DNA from: an uncultured Candidatus Poseidoniales archaeon | Lineage (GTDB): Archaea > Thermoplasmatota > Poseidoniia > Poseidoniales > Poseidoniaceae | Reading direction: 5' to 3' | Assembly: GCA_964577145.1 (NCBI GenBank) | Contig: CAZNXM010000006.1 | Span: 878 to 64,877, forward strand | DNA: 64,000 bases | Part shown: one piece after another, positions 36,843 to 44,892 of the stretch | Numbering within the stretch: position 1 is the stretch's first letter | Layout: the number at the start of each line of letters is the position of its first letter | Made by a program: the position numbers and the translations under genes | The notes under the pieces: generated by a model | What the model saw: only the letters and a program-made list of their open reading frames with translations | What the model was told of the DNA's origin: nothing | Databases searched by the model: none

Positions 36843-37682
36843 TTATTCATTGGCTTCGAGATACTGTAAAACTATCATTTCTTCGAATACATCATTCCTC
36901 TGCGAAATGGTTGGGCGAGTAATTGTTAGTAAGGTTAGTTCGCCTCCAGTAGAAGGGAAACACACTACAATTACATTTGCAATAGTCGTGGTGAAACCAT
37001 CGTCTCTAATAACTTCAAAACGCATTACTGAGTACTCTTCTCCGTTATAATTATGCGTGGATTCTGTTTCTATTTCAGATAAGGAAAATGCATTTGCATC
37101 GATACTGATCACTGGAACTTTTTCATCTATTACTTCGATAGATTGACGAAGGCGTTCTTCATGCATTCCTAGCATGATGCCAATTTCTAGTGTAGATGTG
37201 GATTGGCCATAATGCGCAAATGTATGAGGTGTTCTAGCCACCAAAATACCGATTACTGCCCCATCGTGAAACCAGGTATATTGCTCACTAGCAGGCCATG
37301 CTGGAGCATGGGGATTCTCGGTAGCAATAGGCTCTCCCCAAGCAGTTGAACCAATAGGTGTCGATGTAGGTGTAAATGCACCTCCTACCAGTACAATGAC
37401 TAAGGCAATCGAAGTCAGTATTCGGCGTTGTCTGAATTGTGTCCATTCATCCCTGCCAGCCGGACTGATTACTGAGATAACAATCGCAAGGGGCCCTAGA
37501 ATCAATATTCCCAATGGTGTGAACCACATTGCTGCAATACCACAAGTTAGCGCAATAAGGGTAGTACGATCGAATCTTTCTGCCTTCCAACGGAGTGCCC
37601 CATATAGGGTTCCGAGAAGAGCAAACGATGTCACTACCCCGCCAATCACGGTTCGGCGAGTGATGGAAGATGGATAAGTCAA
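36843..37682 (-). CDS. Membrane protein: 3 N-terminal TM helices plus an extracytoplasmic domain, unknown function
   Basis: 279 aa ORF; divergent from the ABC transporter genes. Confidence 0.45.
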   Translation of the reverse strand: MTYPSSITRRTVIGGVVTSFALLGTLYGALRWKAERFDRTTLIALTCGIAAMWFTPLGILILGPLAIVISVISPAGRDEWTQFRQRRILTSIALVIVLVGGAFTPTSTPIGSTAWGEPIATENPHAPAWPASEQYTWFHDGAVIGILVARTPHTFAHYGQSTSTLEIGIMLGMHEERLRQSIEVIDEKVPVISIDANAFSLSEIETESTHNYNGEEYSVMRFEVIRDDGFTTTIANVIVVCFPSTGGELTLLTITRPTISQRNDVFEEMIVLQYLEANE

Positions 37683-37741
37683 ACCCTATTCAAGGGACTT
37701 TAGCGGCACATTGTAATGGGTGGCACGATATCTCAGGCCTA

Positions 37742-38554
37742 ATGGAGTCCATCCTCAGCCTGTCCGATGTGACTTATCGCCATCAGATTCGTGACACTTC
37801 TACATGGAAACCATGGGTTAAACGTGATGGAGCTGGAATACATTCCATTGACCTTGAAATCAAAGAAGGCGTAATCCTCGGATTAATCGGGCCTAATGGT
37901 GCAGGAAAAACAACTCTGCTCCGAGTGATTAGTGGAATTTTTACTCACGATGGTGAAATAGACAAGAACATCGAAACTAGGCGTAGCAACATCGGCCATA
38001 TGCCCGAACAAGTCCGGTGGGAAGGGCGTAGCACAGTAGCTGAAACTTTGACTGCTATGTCATTGATGCATGGAAGTGAAGTAGATGTCAATAAATTACT
38101 CAAACGGGTTGGCCTTAGTTCACGCTCTGATTTAATTCTCGATAATCTATCTCAAGGAATGCGTCAACGTTTATCGCTAGCCTGTGCCTTATTGGGAAAC
38201 CCTCGGATTCTCGTAATGGACGAACCCTTGAATGGCCTTGACCCGCTTGCACAGCGGGCTTTTTGCAATCTACTCAAACAATTGGCATCCAAGGGCGTTG
38301 CAATCATCATCTCTTCCCATCAAGTTGCAGAAATGGCAGACCTAGTTGACCGAATTGCCCTACTACACCACGGACAACTCTTGATTGAAGGCACTATCGA
38401 TTCAGTAAAAGATGCACTAGGGCTCGATGCTGATGATGTCGACTTAGTCGACATGATTTGTGCTGCAACAGGTATCGATCCTAGTGATGTGAGTATGGAC
38501 CTATCAGAAGATTCAATGTTACCATTCAAACGACTTGGAGTTGAGGAAGAATGA
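37742..38554 (+). CDS. ABC transporter ATP-binding protein
   Basis: Walker A 'GPNGAGKTT'; signature 'LSQGMRQRL'; Walker B 'ILVMDEP'. ATG 37742 (MESILSLSDVTYRH) is the likely start inside the 37670 ORF. Confidence 0.8.
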   Translation: MESILSLSDVTYRHQIRDTSTWKPWVKRDGAGIHSIDLEIKEGVILGLIGPNGAGKTTLLRVISGIFTHDGEIDKNIETRRSNIGHMPEQVRWEGRSTVAETLTAMSLMHGSEVDVNKLLKRVGLSSRSDLILDNLSQGMRQRLSLACALLGNPRILVMDEPLNGLDPLAQRAFCNLLKQLASKGVAIIISSHQVAEMADLVDRIALLHHGQLLIEGTIDSVKDALGLDADDVDLVDMICAATGIDPSDVSMDLSEDSMLPFKRLGVEEE

Positions 38555-39372
38555 GTCAACTTTTCGACCTTTCAAAGGCGATAATGTATGAGAGAATTCG
38601 TGCAGGCAGAATGATGGTGATTTGGCCACTTCTTGCAATGTTCATCCTCTTTAGTACATGGGGATTATCAGACCCCAAGGCAAATCTTCCTTCTGGCCTA
38701 GTGATTGATTCAGCATACGATGTAATGTACGCCTCAACAGCATTCATCATTTTCTCTGCAACAATGGGGGCTGTTTTGGTTTCCTTTGACGGAATTAGTA
38801 GAGACCGTATTTCAGGAGTACTTGAAGTCAAACTCTCCCAGCCGATTAACAGAAAGGTGCTTGCTAGGTCAATGGTTATCGGTCATTGGGCAGCGATTGC
38901 AATACCGGTTATTGTTCTTAACATTCTATCTTTGTTCATAATTTGGTACCGAATGAATTCAGTTCCAAATCTTGATGAGTTATTCATTCATTTCCTCGCC
39001 AATTGCCTTCTCTTACTATGGTACACATCGATTCAATTACTCGCTTCTTCTTGGGCTAGAGATATGGGTTCATCTATGGCTGTCGGACTTGGAACTTGGA
39101 TGATTTTTACCCTACTTTGGTTAGTCCTGACCACCCTTGTAGCAGGCCTAATGGGCATCGAAATTGCGGACCTCACATCTCCTGAATACCTTAGGATTGA
39201 AGCCATGGTGGATTTATTTTCACCAAATGGTGTATATCACCACATGTTGGAATGGCCACTTGCAGAAAGTGGCAGACATATGCACCCAGGTATGACTTCT
39301 CTAGCAGCCATTATCTGGAGTGTTCTCCCGGTGTACCTTTTCACAGTAAGAATGGACAAACTCACTCCATGA
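38551..39372 (+). CDS. ABC-2 type permease
   Basis: 273 aa; 6 TM helices; 4-nt overlap with the ATPase gene. Confidence 0.6.
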   Translation: MSQLFDLSKAIMYERIRAGRMMVIWPLLAMFILFSTWGLSDPKANLPSGLVIDSAYDVMYASTAFIIFSATMGAVLVSFDGISRDRISGVLEVKLSQPINRKVLARSMVIGHWAAIAIPVIVLNILSLFIIWYRMNSVPNLDELFIHFLANCLLLLWYTSIQLLASSWARDMGSSMAVGLGTWMIFTLLWLVLTTLVAGLMGIEIADLTSPEYLRIEAMVDLFSPNGVYHHMLEWPLAESGRHMHPGMTSLAAIIWSVLPVYLFTVRMDKLTP

Positions 39373-39412
39373 GCCGAAACACACTAAGGGGTCTCTGCCC
39401 GTAGGGCAGAAT

Positions 39413-41299
39413 ATGAGGAGAAGCCTAACGGCCTTCATTTTGGCTATTTTGATTAGCACAGTATCCCTTACTGGGATGAGCAGCGCTGAGACTAGTGGAC
39501 GACAACTTAGCGATGTCGACTGTTCTGGTTATACATTTGAAGATCTATTTGATTACAATCATGCAAACTTCGATATCGAGATTCTTTCCGATTGGGCAAG
39601 TGCTGAAATTTATGCTAATTCATGGGTAAATGACAGCAAAGCTGCTATTGTTAGAGAGAACATTGACGGATTATTCGATGGCGTACCAGGCGGCAATAAC
39701 TCATGGCTATCTACCGATGAAAGAGAAGCGGTAAGAGAAATTGGCCCCAAATGTATCGCTGATATGGACACGAGGTTAGGACTGAGAGAAGGAGTGGCAC
39801 ATCGTGGTGGAGTTGATTGGAATGACCTTGAATTTGTTGAGGATGGTATCGCTCTAGATGAAATTAATTTGGTTCCTGAAGAACATTCTGAAGAACGCCA
39901 GTGCCAGAATATGTTCGCAAGTTCTGATTGCCGAGAAGTACCGGTCACTGCTACTGATAATCTTGAAATCTCAATGTTCCTCAAAGAAGGTGAAACCAAC
40001 AATATGCGTTTCAACCAATTACCTAATTCGGGACAGAGTAACTTCACCCTCGCACTTAATGCAACCAACATGACTCATGCTCGCCTTGAATTTACATTCC
40101 CGGCAGTTGAAGGACTTCGTATGGCAGAATACGATGTTCAAGATGATGGGGTTTCAAATCCCAATGCTGCTATGGTTTCTGAACTTCATTTACCTGATGG
40201 TCGCTTGAAAATTATTCTCGATGTCGACTACGACAAAACAGATTGGCCTATGGGAAGAAACCTATTCATCGACCTGACTACAATGCCTCCAGATACTAAT
40301 GAAGCGCCTGTTTGGGGCACTGCTGCACCAACAGACGACACGGTATTCCCAATGTTTGTCCAAGGCAGTGAGGAACTAATTGTAATGGGGGCTGATTTGG
40401 CAGACTGGGCGAGTGACGACAATGGTTGGAGCCTAGATTGCACATTCGATGAGACTGGATGGTCTAGTAGGATGAATGGAGATGGTGACCTCCTAGCAAT
40501 TGCTGGAACCAGTGAGTCTAGTACCGCAACATGTTCGCTTGTAGACCCATATGGGGAGAATGCTGATTCGACTCGAACCTGGCGATTCGGACAACCACTA
40601 TCGTTCAGTGCGACCGAAGGAACCTATGGGGATTCGGTCGAAATTGAAGTAAATCCTACTCTACTAGTTCAGAGTATTTCCCTTGATTTAGCAGCAACTC
40701 AGAGTGGAACTGATGGCCCTTCGAGTGGATTAAACCTCGGCTCTTCAATGGCGACTTCAACACTTAGCCTCTCTGGAATGACCCCCGGTTCATTCGAAGT
40801 CCACCTAACTGCTACAGCTGATGGAATGCTTGACTGGAATGCATACATCGATCTCGGACTCATGAAAGAAAATACCCCTCCTGTGATTAGCATTAATTCA
40901 TTAATAGATGATACAAATGCAACTTGGTCTGCTGATTACTTATCATTCTCTCTAAGTGGTAGTGTTATTGACCCCGATGGTGGAGATGTTAGTCTAACTG
41001 CAATAATGTGTGGAGATAGTACAACTGGATTCAGCCAAAGTGGAGTTTCTTGGGATGTATCCCTTTCAGTTGCTGCTTGCTTTACTCAAGATAACGTAGA
41101 TTATACCGTCGAAATTCATGCTCAAGATTCAGATGGAGCGACTGCGATTCTAGTGGTAAATGTGGATGACCCACTCGAAACTGATGAGCCAGATATTATC
41201 GTCGACCTTGTAGAAGATGAAAGTGGGTTACCGGCTCTCAGTATGATTGCAACTATCGTTTGTATGCTAGGAGCGGCACTAATTGCGCGCAGAGATTGA
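39413..41299 (+). CDS. Secreted acidic surface protein with C-terminal TM anchor (…LPALSMIATIVCMLGAALIARRD)
   Basis: 628 aa; signal peptide; D/N/T-rich mature domain; C-terminal helix plus RRD. Confidence 0.55.
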   Translation: MRRSLTAFILAILISTVSLTGMSSAETSGRQLSDVDCSGYTFEDLFDYNHANFDIEILSDWASAEIYANSWVNDSKAAIVRENIDGLFDGVPGGNNSWLSTDEREAVREIGPKCIADMDTRLGLREGVAHRGGVDWNDLEFVEDGIALDEINLVPEEHSEERQCQNMFASSDCREVPVTATDNLEISMFLKEGETNNMRFNQLPNSGQSNFTLALNATNMTHARLEFTFPAVEGLRMAEYDVQDDGVSNPNAAMVSELHLPDGRLKIILDVDYDKTDWPMGRNLFIDLTTMPPDTNEAPVWGTAAPTDDTVFPMFVQGSEELIVMGADLADWASDDNGWSLDCTFDETGWSSRMNGDGDLLAIAGTSESSTATCSLVDPYGENADSTRTWRFGQPLSFSATEGTYGDSVEIEVNPTLLVQSISLDLAATQSGTDGPSSGLNLGSSMATSTLSLSGMTPGSFEVHLTATADGMLDWNAYIDLGLMKENTPPVISINSLIDDTNATWSADYLSFSLSGSVIDPDGGDVSLTAIMCGDSTTGFSQSGVSWDVSLSVAACFTQDNVDYTVEIHAQDSDGATAILVVNVDDPLETDEPDIIVDLVEDESGLPALSMIATIVCMLGAALIARRD

Positions 41300-41315
41300 A
41301 CCGGCATCATGAAAA

Positions 41316-42503
41316 GTGGAACCTAGAGGGCAGGTTATGTTCAAAGGGACGGTCGAGAGGGTCAGCCACGAAGGTGGTTTGCTCGTTAGCTACAGCGGCT
41401 CATGTCCAGCCCTGGGTTCAGTCATGGTCGATGGAAGTGAGAAATATGTCGGCAAAGTCGATGGAGTAATCGGCAACCTAGACAATTCACTTGTCCATAT
41501 CGCCCACTTGGATCGCAAGGCTAATGCAAATTCCTTAGTAGGGGCTGAAATCACAATTCGCCCTCGCCGTCAAAGAGATGACAGGCGACCTGCAAGAGAT
41601 GACAGACGAGGACGAGACGATCGAAGAGGACGTGATGACCGTCGTGGTCGTGATAACAATCGTGACGGGGGTTACAATAATGATTGGGATTGCCCCAAGT
41701 GCAACAACTCAAATTTCTCTTTCCGTACAGAATGCAATCGCTGTGGAGAATCCAAAGGCGGAGGTGGAGGAGGACGTGGACGTGACGACCGAAGAGGACG
41801 TGACGACAATAGAGGCCGAGACGAACGACGTGGCAGAGATTCCGGCCGTGGTGAAGACTGGTTGTGTCGCGATTGCGGCAATATCAACTATGCAAGTAGA
41901 AGTGAATGCAATCGCTGTCAGAAACCTAAGAGTGAACGAGATTCTAGACCTGAGCGTCGTGAAAGGCGAGATGACCGTCGTGGACGAGACGATAACCGTG
42001 GTAGAGATGGACGAAGAGGTCGTGATGATAATCGTGACAAAGGTCATTTCACCAACAATGATTGGGATTGCCCCAAGTGCAACAACTCAAATTTCTCTTT
42101 CCGTACAGAATGCAATCGCTGTGGAGAATCCAAAGGCGGAGGTGGCGGAGGACGTGGTCGTGATGATAACCGCGGTAGAGATGACCGTAGAGGTCGCGAT
42201 GACCGACGCGGACGTGACGACCGTAGAGGACGAGATGACCGACGTGGACGTGACGACCGTAGAGGACGAGATGACCGACGTGGACGTGACGACCGTAGAG
42301 AACCTCAGAAAAGAGCTGGAGATTGGGATTGTCCTAAATGCCGAAAGAACAACTTCGCAAGCAGGGATGAATGTTTCAGTTGCGGTACCTCCAAGCGAGT
42401 AGGTGGCCCTAGACAAAAGGGGCACCACTTCTCACGAGACCCATCGCCACTCCGTTCACAGAGATACGGTAAGGGCGATGGAGGCAGAAATGATGAACGC
42501 TGA
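41316..42503 (+). CDS. Gar1-like beta-barrel protein fused to RD/RG-rich low-complexity arrays, Gly tracts and four RanBP2-type zinc fingers (putative RNA-binding protein)
   Basis: N-terminus (GTVERVSHEGGLLVSYSG…LGSVMVDGSEKYVGKVDGVIGNLDNSLVHIAHL) matches the Gar1 core pattern; four W-C-x2-C-x3-N-x6-C-x2-C fingers (e.g. DWDCPKCNNSNFSFRTECNRCGESK); DDRRGRDDRRGRDD repeats. Confidence 0.6.
   Translation: MEPRGQVMFKGTVERVSHEGGLLVSYSGSCPALGSVMVDGSEKYVGKVDGVIGNLDNSLVHIAHLDRKANANSLVGAEITIRPRRQRDDRRPARDDRRGRDDRRGRDDRRGRDNNRDGGYNNDWDCPKCNNSNFSFRTECNRCGESKGGGGGGRGRDDRRGRDDNRGRDERRGRDSGRGEDWLCRDCGNINYASRSECNRCQKPKSERDSRPERRERRDDRRGRDDNRGRDGRRGRDDNRDKGHFTNNDWDCPKCNNSNFSFRTECNRCGESKGGGGGGRGRDDNRGRDDRRGRDDRRGRDDRRGRDDRRGRDDRRGRDDRRGRDDRREPQKRAGDWDCPKCRKNNFASRDECFSCGTSKRVGGPRQKGHHFSRDPSPLRSQRYGKGDGGRNDER
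41679..42145 (+). repeat. Intragenic direct repeat: two perfect 89-bp copies (41679-41767 and 42057-42145) encoding identical RanBP2 zinc fingers
   Basis: Identical string 'aatgattgggattgccccaagtgcaacaactcaaatttctctttccgtacagaatgcaatcgctgtggagaatccaaaggcggaggtgg' at both positions. Confidence 0.85.
42180..42300 (+). repeat. 36-bp tandem repeat array (about 3 units) encoding DDRRGRDDRRGR
   Basis: 'gaccgtagaggacgagatgaccgacgtggacgtgac' repeated head-to-tail. Confidence 0.8.
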
Positions 42504-43527
42504 AGACCATTATCTCGATGCAATTGCTGCAGAAGATGAAGGTGATGTTGAAGGTGCTCTCAAGTCGGCTAGAGCAGCCGTAAAGGCTGACCCTGCTCAT
42601 GCTGAATCTTGGTGGATGATTTCTAGTCTAGAATTATCTGATACGTCACAAGCAGACCTAGGTCGAGCATCTAGGTCCTTGACCGCGTGCAGAAAAGTAG
42701 TCGCTCTGGAACCATCAAGAGTAGATGCTTGGGTTAGAGGTGGTCGCCTAATGGCAGACGAACTTGGGTTGTATGAGGATGCACTCTTCTGGTGGCAAGA
42801 ATGTCGTGAAGTTGCGCCATTTGAATCTGTACCACTCGTCGAACAAGCTGCTATTCTTACCGATATGGGGTTCTATGACAAGGCAATGGATCGCTTAGCA
42901 GCAATTCAGGAAGAAAACCTCGATGTTGGCACCGCTCAATTCACTAGAATTAGTAGATTGCATGCATTGGTTTCAAAGGCAGCAGAACAAGACAAGGGTA
43001 ATCACTTCCGCCCTTGGGAGAGAAATCACAATGGATGGAGTGCCATTCATTCAAGGAGAAACAAAGGCCCGGTATCTGAAAATTTGATTTTTATGATGAC
43101 TACCGTACCATTTCTGATGATGGAAGTTTTCATTTCTAGGGCATTATTCGGCGATGGCTGGACTGGTTTTTGCCTAACATCTATCATGATTCTAATCACT
43201 GTTATCATGGGCATGAGGTTTACTCGTGGATTGTTCCAAAAGGTGAACAGACCAGCATTTAATCTCCTTAGAGCAATGGATTTTGAGGCGAGTACTGCAA
43301 AATTGGTCATTCCAGATGATGTACGGGATTCTCGGCTCTACCTTTTCCTCGTAGGTAGAAGAGCACGTGCATATCAAGAAAGATATTCCAAGATTGTCCT
43401 AGCAGGAAAAACCCTACCGCGAAATTGGAAACCTAGGTTCCCTGACTTCGATTCTCACCTAGATGATATCGGAATAATCGAAGATGATGATGATTCCAAT
43501 GAACTCCCTGGATTTGAGGAAGAGTGA
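42475..43527 (+). CDS. TPR-like helical N-terminal domain protein with two TM helices, unknown function
   Basis: The ORF opens at 42403, overlapping the upstream gene; ATG 42475 (MEAEMMNAEDHY) is the likely start. Amphipathic helical repeats, then two hydrophobic helices. Confidence 0.45.
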   Translation, partial: AMEAEMMNAEDHYLDAIAAEDEGDVEGALKSARAAVKADPAHAESWWMISSLELSDTSQADLGRASRSLTACRKVVALEPSRVDAWVRGGRLMADELGLYEDALFWWQECREVAPFESVPLVEQAAILTDMGFYDKAMDRLAAIQEENLDVGTAQFTRISRLHALVSKAAEQDKGNHFRPWERNHNGWSAIHSRRNKGPVSENLIFMMTTVPFLMMEVFISRALFGDGWTGFCLTSIMILITVIMGMRFTRGLFQKVNRPAFNLLRAMDFEASTAKLVIPDDVRDSRLYLFLVGRRARAYQERYSKIVLAGKTLPRNWKPRFPDFDSHLDDIGIIEDDDDSNELPGFEEE

Positions 43528-43530
43528 ATC

Positions 43531-44823
43531 TCAAGTTCCGGCTGTATAGTCGGTTAGGTAGGCGATTTGTTCGGCGGTAAGTTCGTCGATTCCAAAACCC
43601 AAAGTAGCCAATTTGGTATTGGCGAGGTCTTGGTCTTGTTCAAGGCTGATGTCATGTACAATTGGTGCCATTCCAGTACCTTCTGCTGCAAGACGACACA
43701 GAGAAAGGAATTGGTTTGCAAAACTCATGTCCATTACCTCGGAAGGATGGCCTTCTGCTGCTGCAAGATTGACCAAACGGCCATCAGCCAATAAGAAAAT
43801 ACGCCTCCCATCTGCCATTGTATACTCATCATTCTCAGGCCTGATATTACGCATTGATACTGCTTGAGACTTCAGTTGCTCGATATTAATCTCACAATCA
43901 TAATGACCAGTATTAGCGATAATTGCCCCGTCCTTCATCGAATCAAAATGGCGGTTTACGAGGATATCTTTCATACCTGTAGCGGTACAGAAAATATCAC
44001 CTAATGGGGCTGCATCATCCATTTTCATGACTCTAAATCCATCCATCACTGCTCTGAGTGCCGGTAGTGGGTCCACTTCAGTAATGATGACATTGGCACC
44101 CATCCCTTTCGCTCTCATGGCAAGACCACTTCCACAGTGGCCATATCCACCTACAACGAAAGTCTTCCCAGCGATTAGTACTGAGGTTGCACGAATTATT
44201 CCATCAAGAGTAGATTGTCCTGTCCCGTAGATATTATCGAAATCCCACTTAGTTATTGCATCATTAACTGCAATCACTGGATAGAGAAGGTCACCTGCAT
44301 CACCCATTGCTCTCAATCGATGAACGCCGGTTGTTGTCTCCTCCGTACCACCTATCACTCCATCAGCGAACTCTTTCTTTTCGCCGTGCACTCGCACGAT
44401 TAAATCTGCGCCATCATCCAAAGTAAGAGTTGGTTTGAATTCTAGAGTACGGTCAATGCACCAGTAGAAATCCTCAACCGACTGGCCGTGCCAAGCGAAA
44501 ACTGAGTATCCTTCACGAGCAAGCCAAGCAGCAACATCGTCTTGAGTTGAAAGGGGATTGCAACCCGACCAGGAGATTTTGGCACCTGCTGCTTCTATTG
44601 TCTCGATCAATACTGCTGTTTCCTTGGTAACATGAAGACAACCGGCTACTCTCATACCCTCGAGAGGGCGGTTCTTTTCCGCTTCATCACGTAATGCTGC
44701 AAGAACAGGCATCCTTGAACGAGCCCAGTCAACCCGTAATGCACCTTGATCAGCTAGGCTGATATCGGCCACGGTGTAGTTCTCACCCTCGTCCATGGAA
44801 TGGGCGCTGTGACCACTGTTCAT
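43531..44823 (-). CDS. ahcY: Adenosylhomocysteinase
   Basis: 430 aa; full-length SAHH pattern including the NAD-binding 'GYGHCGSGLA' motif. Confidence 0.9.
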   Translation of the reverse strand: MNSGHSAHSMDEGENYTVADISLADQGALRVDWARSRMPVLAALRDEAEKNRPLEGMRVAGCLHVTKETAVLIETIEAAGAKISWSGCNPLSTQDDVAAWLAREGYSVFAWHGQSVEDFYWCIDRTLEFKPTLTLDDGADLIVRVHGEKKEFADGVIGGTEETTTGVHRLRAMGDAGDLLYPVIAVNDAITKWDFDNIYGTGQSTLDGIIRATSVLIAGKTFVVGGYGHCGSGLAMRAKGMGANVIITEVDPLPALRAVMDGFRVMKMDDAAPLGDIFCTATGMKDILVNRHFDSMKDGAIIANTGHYDCEINIEQLKSQAVSMRNIRPENDEYTMADGRRIFLLADGRLVNLAAAEGHPSEVMDMSFANQFLSLCRLAAEGTGMAPIVHDISLEQDQDLANTKLATLGFGIDELTAEQIAYLTDYTAGT

Positions 44824-44845
44824 AGGTCAATCGGTTGAGTGGCCA

Positions 44846-44867
44846 CTCCGGCCCTTACGGGCCGGAG
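44846..44867 (-). terminator. Perfect 9-bp GC-rich stem-loop (CTCCGGCCC-TTAC-GGGCCGGAG) directly after the stop of the giant surface-protein gene and before ahcY
   Basis: Inverted repeat read directly from the sequence; 3' of the 44893 stop on the minus strand. Confidence 0.5.
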
Positions 44868-44892
44868 CGCTCAAACACAGAAGTGAGACTCA

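Noticed and set aside
41578-42402. 274-aa ORF in an alternative frame of the zinc-finger gene (V/T/E-rich)
   Set aside because: It is created by the repeat structure. The RanBP2 finger and Gar1-like motifs are found only in the 41316-42503 frame.
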